This document shows positions 1 to 15,000 of a stretch of 64,000 nucleotides of DNA, in pieces (within the stretch, counting starts at the first letter, position 1; each line of letters opens with the position of its first letter). The DNA is taken from the NCBI RefSeq assembly GCF_009914755.1, contig NC_060940.1. One strand, written 5' to 3'. The notes beneath the pieces are model-generated. The model was not told where the DNA came from, ran no database searches, and was given only the letters and a program-made list of their open reading frames with translations. A program made the position numbers and the translations under genes. Origin of the DNA: the human T2T-CHM13v2.0 reference genome, Homo sapiens.

Positions 1-228
1 ATTCCATGGTGATTCCATTCCATTCCATTCAATGATTCCATTCGATTCCGTTTGATGATGATTTCATTCGAGTCCATTTGATGATTCCATTTGATTCCAT
101 TCGATGATGATTCCATTCGAGTCCATTCGATGATTCTATTCGAATCCATTTGATGATTTCTTTTGATTATAGTTGGTGATGATTCCATTGGAGTCCATTC
201 AATGATTCCATTCGATTCCAATCGATGG

Positions 229-239
229 TGATTCCATTA
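229..239 (-). promoter_or_regulatory. DUX4 consensus match TAATGGAATCA (one example; about 8 per unit)
   Basis: + strand TGATTCCATTA fits the reverse complement of TAAYBBAATCA. Also at 458, 1128, 1772, 1821, 3293, 4081 and 4129. Motif match only; occupancy is not shown. Confidence 0.5.
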
Positions 240-465
240 GAGTCCATTTAACGATTCCATTTGATTCCAGTCTCTGATGATTACATTCGAGTCCATACGA
301 CGATTCCACTCAATTCCATATGATGATGATTCCATTCGATTCCATTCGATGATTCCATTCTATTCTATTCAATGGTGATTCCGTTCGAGTACATTAGATG
401 ATTCCATTCGATTCCATTCAATGATGATTCTATTTGTGTCCCTTAGATGATTCCACATGATTCCA

Positions 466-3400
466 TTAGATGATGATACTATTTGAGCCCATCCAATGAT
501 TCCCTTCGATTCCATTCGATGAGGATTCCATTCGATTCAATTCATTGGTGATTCTATTCAATTCAATTCTTTGATTCCATTCCATTCCATTCGACAATGA
601 TTCCATTCGATTTCTTTCGATGATTCCACTCGATTCCACTTGACATTGATTCCCTTCGATTCCATTCAATGATTCCATTTGATTCCAGTGGATGATGATT
701 GCCATCGATTCCATTCGATCACTCCATTCTATTCCATTTGATGATGATTACATTCGATTCCATTTGACGATTCCATCTGATTCTATTCGAGGATTCCATT
801 TGATTCCATTCGATGATGATTCCATTCGAGTCCATTCGATGATTTCATTCGAGTACATCCAATGATTCCATTCGAGTCCATTTGATGATTCCATTTGATT
901 CCATTTGATAATGATTCTACTAGAGTCCATTCAATGACTCCATTCGAGTCCATTCAACAATTCCATTCGACTCCATTTGATGATTCCATTCGATTCCATT
1001 TGATGATTCCATTCGAGTCCATTTAATCATTACAGTCGAGTCCATTTGGTGATTCCACCGGATTTCTTTTGATAATGATACCATTCAATTACATTTGATG
1101 ATGATCCCATTCAATTTCATTTGATGGTGATTCCATTAGAGTCCATTCGATGATTTCATTCGAGTCCCTTCATTGATTCCATCCGATTTCATTGGATGAT
1201 GACTCCATTCGAGTCCATTCGATGATTCCACTCGATTCCATTAGATGATTCCATTGGAGTCCATTTGATTGTTCCATTCGATTCCATTCGATTCCTTTCG
1301 AAGATTATTCCATTTGAGTCCATTCGATGATGATTCCATTCCATTCCATTCGATGATTCCGTTTGATTCCATTCGATGATTCCCTTCGATTCCTTTCTTT
1401 GATGATTCCATTCCATTCCATTCAATGATTCCATTCGAATCTATTCCATGATGATTCCTTTCGATTCTATTCGCTGATGTTTCCTTTCAATTCCATTCGA
1501 TGATGATTCCATTCGATTCCATTCATTGAGGATTCCATTTGATTCCATTCAATGATGATTCCGTTCTATTCCATTCAATGATTGCATTCAATTCCATTCA
1601 ATGATTATCCCATTAGAGTAAACTCAACGATTCCATTCAATACCATTCGATGATGATTCCTTTTGTGTCCATTCAATGATTTCATTCAAGTCCATTTGAT
1701 GATTCCTTTCAATTCCATTCTATGATGATTCCATTCGAGTCCATTCGATGATTCCATTCGATTGCATTCGATGATTCCATTATATTCCAGTCAACGATGA
1801 TTCCATTCGAGTCCATTCGATGATTCCATTAGAGTACAGTTAATGATTGCTTTGTTTTCAATTCGAAGATGATTACATTGGATTCCATTCTATGATACCA
1901 TTCGATTCCATTCAATGATGATTCCACTCAAATCCATTGGATGATTCCATTCGTGTCCATTCGGTGATTTCATTAGATTCCATTCGAGGATGATTCCATT
2001 CGATTCCATTCGATGATTCCATTCAATTCCATTCGATGATGATTCCATTCCAGTCCATATGATCATTCCATTTGATTTCATTCGATGATGATTCCATTCG
2101 ATTCCATTCGATGATTCCATTCTATTCCATTCGATGATGATTCCATTCGAGTCCATTCGATGATTCCATTCGAGTCCATTTAATGATTCCATTGGGTTCA
2201 ATTCAATGATGATTACATTGGATTCCGTTCTATGATTCCATTCAATTCCGTTCATTGACAATTTGATTCCATTCGATGATGATTCCATTTGAGTTCATTC
2301 GATGATTCTATTCGATTCTCTTCGATGGTGATTCAATTCTATTATATTGGATGATTCCATTCGATTCCATTTGATGTTGATTCAATTCGATTCTATTCGA
2401 TGATGATTCCATTGGATTTCACTTGATGATTCTATTCGATTCCATTCAATGATGATTCACTTCTCGTCCATTGGATGATTCCATTTCATTCCATTCGATG
2501 ATGATTCCATTCGATTCCATTCGATGATTCCATTTGATTCCATGCGACGGTGAGCAATTCGATTCAATTCCATGATGATTCTATTTGATTCAATTAGATG
2601 ATGTTTCCATTCGAATCCATTCCATGATTATTCCATTGGAATCCATTTGGCGATGATTCCATATGAGTCAATTCAATGATGATTCCATATGAGTCCGTTC
2701 GATGATAATTCCATTTGATTTCATTCAATGCTTCTAATCTATTCCAGTCGATGATGATTCCGTTGGAGTCCATACGATGATTCCATTTGATTTCATTTGA
2801 TGATGATTCCATTCGATGATGATTACATTGGATTCCATTCTATGATTCCATTCAATTCCATTCGTTGATGATTCGATTCCATTCAATGATGAGTCCATTT
2901 GAGTTCATTCGATGATTCTATTCGATTCCGTTCGATGGTGATTCAATTCTATTATACTGGATGATTCCACTCGATTCCATTTGATGATTATTCCATTGGA
3001 GTCCACTTAGTGAATCCTTTAGATTCTACTCGAAGATGATTCCATTCGAGTCCATTCAATGATACCATTCAATTTCATTCGTTGATGCTTCCATTCAAGT
3101 GCATTCAATGATATCATTCGATTCCATTTGATGATAATTCCATTTGATTCCATGCGATGATTCTATTCGATTCCATTCAATGATAATTCCATTCAATTCA
3201 GTGATTCCTCTGGACTCCATTTGATGATGATTCCATTCAATGATTCCATTCGATTCTATTCCAAAATGATTCCATTTGAATCCATTTGATGATGATTCCA
3301 TTAGATTCCATTTGATGATTCCATTCGATTGCATTTGACTATGATTCCATTCGATTCCATTTGATGATTCCATTCTATTCTATTCGATGATGATTCCATT

Positions 3401-6007
3401 CGATTCCATTTGATGATGATTGGATTCGATTCCATTTGATGATTTCATTTGATTCCATTCGTTAATGATTTCGATCAACTCCATTCGATGATTCCATTTG
3501 ATTCCATTCGATAATGATTACATCCGAGTCCATTCGATGATTCCATTTGAGCCCATTCGATAATTCCATTTGAGTCCAATCAATGATTCCATTCATTTCC
3601 ATTCAATGATTCCATTCGAGTCCATTTGATCATTCTGGTAGGGTCCGTTCGATGTTGATTCCATTGGAGTGCATTCGATGATTCCATTCGAGTCCATTTT
3701 ATGATTTTATTCGAGTCCTTTCGATGATTCCATTCGATTCCACTCGATGATGATTTCATTCGAGTCCATTCGACACTTCCAATCGATTCCATTTGATGTT
3801 TCCATTCGAGTCCAATTGATGATTCCATTCAATTCCATTCGATGATGATTCCGTACGATTCCATTCTGTGATGATTCCATGTGATTGCATTCAATGATGA
3901 TTCCTTTCGATTGCATTCGATTATGATTCATTTCGTGTTCATTCTATGGTTCCACAGGTTTCCATTCGTGTCCATTCCATTATTCCATTCTATTCCATTT
4001 GATGATGATTCCATTCGATTCCATTCATTGGTGATTCCACTCAATTCCATTCAATGATTCCATTCCATTTCTTTCAACAATGATTCCATTAGTTTCTAAT
4101 CGATGATCCACTTGATTCCATTTGACGATGATTCCATTATTGTCCATTCGATGATTCCATTTGATTCCATATGATGATGATTCCATTCGATTCCATACGA
4201 TGAGGATTCCATTCGAGTCCATTCAATGGTGATTCCATTCAATTCCATTCGATGATTCCTTTCGATTCCATTCAATGATGATGGCATTCGATTCCTTTCA
4301 ATCATTCCCTTTGATTCCATTCAAAGGTGATTTCATTCAAGTCCATTCGATAATTGCATTCGATTCCATTCTATGATGATTCCATTCGAGTCCATTTGAT
4401 GATTCCATTCAATTCAAGTCAATGATGATTCCATTCGATTCCATTCAATGATTCCATTGGATTCCATTCGATGATGATTCCATTCAAATCCATTCGATAA
4501 TTCAATTCAAGTCCATTCGATGATGATTAAAATCGAATCCATTCAAAGATTCCATTCAGTTCCATTCGATGATTCCCTTAGATTCCATTCGATGATTCCA
4601 CTTGATTCCATTTACGATGATTCCATTCGATTCCATGTGATGATTCCATTCAATTCTATTCAATGCTGTTTCCATTTGATTCCATTCGACCATGATTGCC
4701 TTTGATTCCATTCAATGACTCCATTCGGTTCCTTTTGATGATGATTCCGTTCGATTCCATTTGATGATTCCATTTGATTCCATTGGATGAGTCCATTCGA
4801 TTACATTCGATGATTATTCCATTCGAGTGCATTAGATGATTCCATTCGAGTCCATTCGATGATTCCATTCGATTCCATTCGATGTTGATTCTGTTCAAAT
4901 CCATTCGATGATTCCACTCGATTCCATTCGATGACTCCAGTTGATCCCATTCGATGATTTCCTTTGATTCCCTTTGATGATCATTCCATTTGATTCAATT
5001 CGGTGATTTCATTTGATTCCATTCAGTGATGTTTCCATTCGACTCCATTCTATGATGATTCCATTCGACTCCATTCGATTATGATTTCATTCAATTCCAT
5101 TCGATAATGATTCCCTTCGAGTCCATTCGATGATTCCATTCGATTCCATTCAACGATGATTTGATTCGTGTCCATTCGATGATTCCATTTGATTCCACTT
5201 GTTGATGATTCCATTCGAGTCCATTTGATGATTCCATTCAATTCCATTCTCCGATGATTTCTTTTGAGACCATTGAATGCTTCCACTCGATTCCATATGA
5301 TGATGACTCCATTCGATGAAATTCGATGATGATTCCCTTTGATTCCATTCCAAGATGATTCCATTCTAGCCCATTCAATCATTCCATTCGATTCTATTCA
5401 ATGATGATTCCATTCATGTCGATTTTGTGATTCCATTTGACTTCATTTGATGATGATTCCTTTCAAGTTCATTAGATGTTTCCATTCGATTCCGTTTGAT
5501 GATGATCCCATTCGAGTCCATTCAGTGATTCCACTCGTTTCCATTCCATGATGATTCCATTCCATTCCATTCAATGATTCCATTCGATTCCGTTTGATGA
5601 TGATTTCATTCGAGTCCATTTGATGATTCCATTTGATTCCATTCGATGATGATTCCATTCGAGTCCATTCGATGATTCTATTCGAATCCATTTGATGATT
5701 TCTTTTGATTATAGTTGGTGATGATTCCATTGGAGTCCATTCAATGATTCCATTCGATTCCAATCGATGGTGATTCCATTAGAGTCCATTTAATGATTCC
5801 ATTTGATTCCAGTCTCTGATGATTACATTCGAGTCCATACGATGATTCCACTCAATTCCATATGATGATGATTCCATTCGATTCCATTCGATGATTCCAT
5901 TCTATTCTATTCAATGGTGATTCCATTCGAGTACATTAGATGATTACATTCGATTCCATTCAATGATGATTCTATTTGTGTCCCTTAGATGATTCCACAT
6001 GATTCCA
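466..6007 (+). repeat. Higher-order unit 1, short variant (5,542 bp = 6,112 - 570); the most divergent unit
   Basis: Marker spacing 466->6008. Junction at 5321-5336. Many private variants, e.g. agtacagtt ~1833, taaaatcg ~4528, gagacc ~5266. Unit phase is arbitrary and set by the marker. Confidence 0.9.
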
Positions 6008-9000
6008 TTAGATGATGATACTATTTGAGCCCATCCAATGATTCCCTTCGATTCCATTCGATGAGGATTCCATTCGATTCAATTCATTGGTGATTCTATT
6101 CAATTCAATTCTTTGATTCCATTCCATTCCATTCGACAATGATTCCATTCGATTTCTTTCGATGATTCCACTCGATTCCACTTGACATTGATTCCCTTCG
6201 ATTCCATTCAATGATTCCATTTGATTCCAGTGGATGATGATTGCCATCGATTCCATTCGATCACTCCATTCTATTCCATTTGATGATGATTACATTCGAT
6301 TCCATTTGACGATTCCATCTGATTCTATTCGAGGATTCCATTTGATTCCATTCGATGATGATTCCATTCGAGTCCATTCGATGATTTCATTCGAGTACAT
6401 CCAATGATTCCATTCGAGTCCATTTGATTATTCCATTTGATTCCATTTGATAATGATTCTACTAGAGTCCATTCAATGACTCCATTCGAGTCCATTCAAC
6501 AATTCCATTCGACTCCATTCGATGATTCCATTCGATTCCATTTGATGATTCCATTCGAGTCCATTTAATCATTACAGTCGAGTCCATTTGGTGATTCCGC
6601 TGGATTTCCTTTGATAATGATATCATTCAATTACATTTGATGATGATCCCATTCAATTTCATTTGATGATGATTCCATTAGAGTCCATTCGATGATTTTA
6701 TTCGAGTCCCTTCATTGATTCCATCCGATTTCATTGGATGATGACTCCATTCGAGTCCATTCGATGATTCCACTTGATTCCATTAGATGATTCCATTGGA
6801 GTCCATTTGATTGTTCCATTCGATTCCATTCGATTCCTTTCGAAGATTATTCCATTTGAGTGCATTCGATGATGATTCCATTCCATTCCATTCGATGATT
6901 CCGTTTGATTCCATTCGATGATTCCCTTCGATTCCTTTCTTTGATGATTCCATTCCATTCCATTCAATGATTCCATTCGAATCTATTCCATGATGATTCC
7001 TTTCGATTCCATTCGCTGATGTTTCCGTTCAATTCCATTCGATGATGATTCCATTCGATTCCATTCATTGAGGATTCCATTTGATTCCATTCAATGATGA
7101 TTCCATTCTATTCCATTCAATGATTGCATTCAATTCCATTCAATGATTATCCCATTAGAGTAAACTCAACGATTCCATTCAATACCATTCGATGATGATT
7201 CCTTTTGAGTCCATTCAATGATTTCATTCAAGTCCATTTGATGATTCCTTTCAATTCCATTCTATGATGATTCCATTCGAGTCCATTCGATGATTCCATT
7301 CGATTGCATTCGATGATTCCATTATATTCCATTCAACGAAGATTCCATTCGAGTCCATTCGATGATTCCATTAGAGTACATTTAATGATTGCTTTGTTTT
7401 CAATTCGAAGGTGATTACATTCGATTCCATTCTATGATACCATTCGATTCCATTCAATGATGACTCCACTCAAATCCATTGGATGATTCCATTCGTGTCC
7501 ATTCGGTGATTTCATTAGATTCCATTCGAGGATGATTCCATTCGATTCCATTCGATGATTCCATTCAATTCCATTCGATGATGATTCCATTCGAGTCCAT
7601 ATGATCATTCCATTTGATTTCATTCGATGATGATTCTATTCGATTCCATTCGACGATTCCATTCTATTCCATTCGATGATGATTCCATTCGAGTCCATTC
7701 GATGATTCCATTCGAGTCCATTTAATGATTCCATTGGGTTCAATTCAATGATGATTACATTGGATTCCGTTCTATGATTCCATTCAATTCCGTTCATTGA
7801 CAATTTGATTCCATTCGATGATGATTCCATTTGAGTTCATTCGATGATTCTATTCGATTCTCTTCGATGGTGATTCAATTCTATTATATTGGATGATTCC
7901 ATTCGATTCCATTTGATGTTGATTCAATTCGATTCTATTCGATGATGATTCCATTGGATTTCACTTGATGATTCTATTCGATTCCATTCAATGATGATTC
8001 ACTTCTCGTCCATTGGATGATTCCATTTCATTCCATTCGATGATGATTCCATTCGATTCCATTCGATGATTCCATTTGATTCCATGCGACGGTGAGCAAT
8101 TCGATTCAATTCCATGATGATTCTATTTGATTCAATTAGATGATGTTTCCATTCGAATCCATTCCATGATTATTCCATTGGAATCCATTCGGCGATGATT
8201 CCATATGAGTCAATTCAATGATGATTCCATATGGGTCCGTTCGATGATAATTCCATTTGATTTCATTCGATGCTTCTATTCAATTCCAGTCGATGATGAT
8301 TCCGTTGGAGTCCATACGATGATTCCATTTGATTTCATTTGATGACGATTCCATTCGATGACGATTACATTGGATTCCATTCTATGATTCCATTCAATTC
8401 CATTCGTTGATGATTCGATTCCATTCAATGATGATTCCATTTGAGTTCATTCGGTGATTCTATTCGATTCCATTCTATGGTGATTCAATTCTCTTATATT
8501 GGATGATTCGACTCGATTCCATTTGATGATTATTCCATTGGAGTCCACTTAGTGAATCCTTTAGATTCTACTCGACGATGATTCCATTCGAGTCCATTCG
8601 ATGATACCATTCAATTCCATTCGTTGATGCTTCCATTCAAGTGCATTCGATGATATCATTCGATTCCATTTGAGGATAATTCCATTTGATTCCATGCGAT
8701 GATTCTATTCGATTCCATTCAATGATAATTCCATTCAATTCAGTGATTCCTCTGGACTCCATTTGATGATGATTCCATTCAATGATTCCATTCGATTCTA
8801 TTCGAAAATGATTACATTTGAATCCATTTGATGACGATTCCATTCCATTCCATTTGATGATTCCATACTATTCTATTCGATGATGATTCCATTCGATTCC
8901 ATTCGATGATGATTGGATTCTATTCCATTTGATGATTTCATTTGATTCCATTCGTTAATGATTTCGATCAATTCCATTCGATGATTCCATTCGATTCCAT

Positions 9001-12000
9001 TCGATAATGATTACATCCGAGTCCATTCGATGATTCCATTTGAGCCTGTTCGATAATTCCATTTGAGTCCAACCAATGATTCCATTCATTTCCATTCAAT
9101 GATTCCATTCGAGTCCATTTGATCATTCCGGTAGGGTCCATTCGATGTTGATTCCATTGGAGTGCATTCGATGATTCCATTCGAGTCCATTTTAGGATTT
9201 GATTCGAGTCCTTTCGATGATTCCATTCGATTCCACTCGATGATGATTTCATTCGAGTCCATTCGACACTTCCAATCGATTCCATTTGATGATTCCATTC
9301 GAGTCCAATTGATGATTCCATTCAATTCCATTCGATGATGATTCCGTACGATTCCATTCTGTGATGATTCCATGTGATTGCATTCAATGATGATTCCTTT
9401 CGATTGCATTCGATTATGATTCATTTCGTGTTCATTCTATGGTTCCACAGGTTTCCATTCGTGTCCATTCCATTATTCCATTCTATTCCATTTGATGATG
9501 ATTCCATTCGATTCCATTCATTGGTGATTCCACTCAATTCCATTCAATGATTCCATTCCATTTCTTTCAACAATGATTCCATTAGTTTCTAATCGATGAT
9601 CCACTTGATTCCATTTGACGACGATTCCATTCTTGTCCATTCGATGATTCCATTTGATTCCATATGATGATGATTCCATTCGATTCCATACCATGATGAT
9701 TCCATTCGAGTCCATTCAATGGTGATTCCATTCAATTCCATTCGATGATTCCTTTCGATTCCATTCGATGATGATGGCATTCGATTCCTTTCAATCATTC
9801 CCTTTGATTCCATTCAAAGGTGATTTCATTCAAGTCCATTCGATAATTGCATTCGATTCCATTCTATGATGATTCCATTCGAGTCCATTTGATGATTCCA
9901 TTCAATTCAAGTCAATGATGATTCCATTCGATTCCATTCGATGATTCCATTGGATTCCATTCGATGATGATTCCATTCAAATCCATTCGATAATTCAATT
10001 CAAGTCCATTCGATGATGATTCCAATCGAATCCATTCAAAGATTCCATTCAGTTCCATTCGATGATTCCCTTGGATTCCATTCGATGATTCCACTTGATT
10101 GCATTTACGATGATTCCATTCGATTCCATGTGATGATTCCATTCAATTCTATTCAATGATGTCTCCATTTGATTCCATTCGACCATGATTGCCTTTGATT
10201 CCATTCAATGATTCCATTCGGTTCCGTTTGATGATGATTCCGTTCGATTCCATTTGATGATTCCATTTGATTCCATTGGATGAGTCCATTCGATTACATT
10301 CGATGATTATTCCATTCGAGTGCATTAGATGATTCCATTCGAGTCCATTCGATGATTCCATTCGATTCCATTCGATGTTGATTCTGTTCAAATCCATTCG
10401 ATGATTCCACTCGATTCCATTCGTTGACTCCATTTGATCCCATTCGATGATTTCCTTTGATTCCCTTTGATGATCATTCCATTTGATTCAATTCGGTGAT
10501 TTCATTTGATTCCATTCAGTGATGTTTCCATTCGACTCCATTCGATGATGATTCCATTCGACTCCATTCGATTATGATTTCATTCAATTCCATTCGATAA
10601 TGATTCCCTTCGAGTCCATTCGATGATTCCATTCGATTCCATTCAACGATGATTTGATTCGTGTCCATTCGATGATTCCATTTGATTCCACTTGATGATG
10701 ATTCCATTCGAGTCCATTTGATGATTCCATTCAATTCCATACTCCGATGATTTCTTTTGAGCCCACTCAATGCTTCCACTCGATTCCATATGATGATGAC
10801 TCCATTCGATGAAATTCGATGATGATTCCATTCGCTTGCTTTCGATGATGATTCCACTTGAGTCCGTTAGAAGATTCTATTCAATTACATTCCAGGACGA
10901 TTCCGTTCGAGTCCATTTGATGATTCCATTAGACTCCATTCGACGATGATTCCATTCGATGTTATTCGATGATTCCATTCGATCTCATTCGATGATGATT
11001 CCATTCAACTCCATTCGATGTTTCCATTCGAGTTCATTCTATTATTCCATTAGATTCCATTCGATGATGATTCCATTCGATTCCATTTGATGATTGCATT
11101 CTATTTCATTTGATGATGATTCCATTCGAGTCCACTCGATGATTCCATTCGAGTCCATTTAATGAATCCATTGGTTTCAATTCTATGATGATTACATTGG
11201 ATTCCATTCGTTGATGATTTCATTCAGTTCCATTCAATGATGATTCCATTCAATTCCTTTCAATGTTTCCATTCAATTCCATAGGATGATGATTCCATTT
11301 GATTTGATTCGACAGTGAGCCATTCGATTCAATTTCATGATGATTCTATTTATTCAATTGGTTGACATTTCCATTCGATTCCATTCGATGATGATTCCCT
11401 TTGATTCCATTCAAAGATGATTCCATTCTAGCCCATTCAATCATTCCATTCGATTCTATTCAATGATGATTCCATTCATGTCGATTTGGTGATTCCATTT
11501 GACTTCATTTGATGATGATTCCTTTCAAGTTCATTAGATGATTCCATTCGATTCCATTTGATGATGATCCCATTCGAGTCCATTCAGTGATTCCATTCGT
11601 TTCCATTCCATGATGATTCCATTCCTTTCCATTCAATGATTCCATTCGATTCCGTTTGATGATGATTTCATTCGAGTCCATTTGATGATTCCATTTGATT
11701 CCATTCGATGGTGATTCCATTCGAGTCCATTCGATGATTCTATTCGAATCCATTTGATGATTTCTTTTGATTATATTTGGTGATGATTCCATTGGAGTCC
11801 ATTCAATGATTCCATTCTATTCCAATCGATGATGATTCCATTAGAGTCCATTTAATGATTCCATTTGATTCCAGTCTCTGATGATTACATTCGAGTCCAT
11901 ACGATGATTCCACTCAATTCCATATGATGATGATTCCATTTGATTCCATTCGGTGATTCCATTCTATTCTATTCAATGGTGATTCCATTCGAGTACATTA

Positions 12001-12069
12001 GATGATTCCATTCGATTCCATTCAATGATGATTCTATTTGTGTCCCTTAGATGATTCCACATGATTCCA
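6008..12069 (+). repeat. Higher-order unit 2 (6,062 bp = 6,112 - 49 - 1)
   Basis: Offset to unit 3 changes from 6062 to 6111 across ~8840 and from 6111 to 6112 across ~11351 (tattt-attcaattg lacks a g). Confidence 0.9.
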
Positions 12070-15000
12070 TTACATGATGATACTATTTGAGCCCATCCAA
12101 TGATTCCCTTCGATTCCATTCGATGAGGATTCCATTCGATTCAATTCATTGGTGATTCTATTCAATTCAATTCTTTGATTCCATTCCATTCCATTCGACA
12201 ATGATTCCATTCGATTTCTTTCGATGATTCCACTCGATTCCACTTGACATTGATTCCATTCGATTCCATTCAATGATTCCATTTGATTCCAGTGGATGAT
12301 GATTGCCATCGATTCCATTCGATCACTCCATTCTATTCCATTTGATGATGATTACATTCGATTCCATTCGATGATTCCATCTGATTCTATTCGAGGATTC
12401 CATTTGATTCCATTCGATGATGATTCCATTCGAGTCCATTCGATGATTTCATTCGAGTACATCCAATGATTCCATTCGAGTCCATTTGATGATTCCATTT
12501 GATTCCATTTGATAATGATTCTACTAGAGTCCATTCAATGACTCCATTCGAGTCCATTCAACAATTCCATTCGACTCCATTCGATGATTCCATTCGATTC
12601 CATTTGATGATTCCATTCGAGTCCATTTAATCATTACAGTCGAGTCCATTTGGTGATTCCGCTGGATTTCCTTTGATAATGATATCATTCAATTACATTT
12701 GATGATGATCCCATTCAATTTCATTTGATGATGATTCCATTAGAGTCCATTCGATGATTTTATTCGAGTCCCTTCATTGATTCCATCCGATTTCATTGGA
12801 TGATGACTCCATTCGAGTCCATTCGATGATTCCACTTGATTCCATTAGATGATTCCATTGGAGTCCATTTGATTGTTCCATTCGATTCCATTCGATTCCT
12901 TTCGAAGATTATTCCATTTGAGTCCATTCGATGATGATTCCATTCCATTCCATTCGATGATTCCGTTTGATTCCATTCGATGATTCCCTTCGATTCCTTT
13001 CTTTGATGATTCCATTCCATTCCATTCAATGATTCCATTCGAATCTATTCCATGATGATTCCTTTCGATTCCATTCGCTGATGTTTCCGTTCAATTCCAT
13101 TCGATGATGATTCCATTCGATTCCATTCATTGAGGATTCCATTTGATTCCATTCAATGATGATTCCATTCTATTCCATTCAATGATTGCATTCAATTCCA
13201 TTCAATGATTATCCCCTTAGAGTAAACTCAACGATTCCATTCAATACCATTCGATGATGATTCCTTTTGAGTCCATTCAATGATTTCATTCAAGTCCATT
13301 TGATGATTCCTTTCAATTCCATTCTATGATGATTCCATTCGAGTCCATTCGATGATTCCATTCGATTGCATTCGATGATTCCATTATATTCCATTCAACG
13401 GTGATTCCATTCGAGTCCATTCCATGATTCCATTAGAGTACATTTAATGATTGCTTTGTTTTCAATTCGAAGATGATTACATTGGATTCCATTCTATGAT
13501 ACCATTCGATTCCATTCAATGATGATTCCACTCAAATCCATTGGATGATTCCATTCGTGTCCATTCGGTGATTTCATTAGATTCCATTCGAGGATGATTC
13601 CATTCGATTCCATTCGATGATTCCATTCAATTCCATTCGATGATGATTCCATTCCAGTCCATATGATCATTCCATTTGATTTCATTCGATGATGATTCCA
13701 TTCGATTCCTTTCGACGATTCCATTCTATTCCATTCGATGATGATTCCATTCGAGTCCATTCGATGATTCCATTCGAGTCCATTTAATGATTCCATTGGG
13801 TTCAATTCAATGATGATTACATTGGATTCCGTTCTATGATTCCATTCAATTCCGTTCATTGACAATTTGATTCCATTCGATGATGATTCCATTTGAGTTC
13901 ATTCGATGATTCTATTCGATTCTCTTCGATGGTGATTCAATTCTATTATATTGGATGATTCCATTCGATTCCATTTGATGTTGATTCAATTCGATTCTAT
14001 TCGATGATGATTCCATTGGATTTCACTTGATGATTCTATTCGATTCCATTCAATGATGATTCACTTCTCGTCCATTGGATGATTCCATTTCATTCCATTC
14101 GATGATGATTCCATTCGATTCCATTCGATGATTCCATTTGATTCCATGCGACGGTGAGCAATTCGATTCAATTCCATGATGATTCTATTTGATTCAATTA
14201 GATGATGTTTCCATTCGAATCCATTCCATGATTATTCCATTGGAATCCATTCGGCGATGATTCCATATGAGTCAATTCAATGATGATTCCATATGGGTCC
14301 GTTCGATGATAATTCCATTTGATTTCATTCGATGCTTCTATTCTATTCCAGTCGATGATGATTCCGTTGGAGTCCATACGATGATTCCATTTGATTTCAT
14401 TTGATGATGATTCCATTCGATGATGATTACATTGGATTCCATTCTATGATTCCATTCAATTCCATTCGTTGATGATTCGATTCCATTCAATGATGATTCC
14501 ATTTGAGTTCATTCGATGATTCTATTCGATTCCGTTCGATGGTGATTCAATTCTATTATATTGGATGATTCCACTCGATTCCATTTGATGATTATTCCAT
14601 TGGAGTCCACTTAGTGAATCCTTTAGATTCTACTCGACGATGATTCCATTCGAGTCCATTCGATGATACCATTCAATTCCATTCGTTGATGCTTCCATTC
14701 AAGTGCATTCGATGATATCATTCGATTCCATTTGATGATAATTCCATTTGATTCCATGCGATGATTCTATTCGATTCCATTCAATGATAATTCCATTCAA
14801 TTCAGTGATTCCTCTGGACTCCATTTGATGATGATTCCATTCAATGATTCCATTCGATTCTATTCGAAAATGATTCCATTTGAATCCATTTGATGATGAT
14901 TCCATTAGATTCCATTTGATGATTCCATTCGATTCCATTCGACGATGATTCCATTCGATTCCGTTTGATGATTCCATTCTATTCTATTCGATGATGATTC

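Noticed and set aside
3933-3975. Non-core island (cgtgttc...ggttccacaggtttcc) as an inserted or regulatory element
   Set aside because: It can be derived from the core repeat by substitutions, is present once in each full unit, and shows no insertion signature.
4520-4705. Single plus-strand 61 aa ORF
   Set aside because: Chance opening in the divergent unit 1; it is not listed for any other unit.
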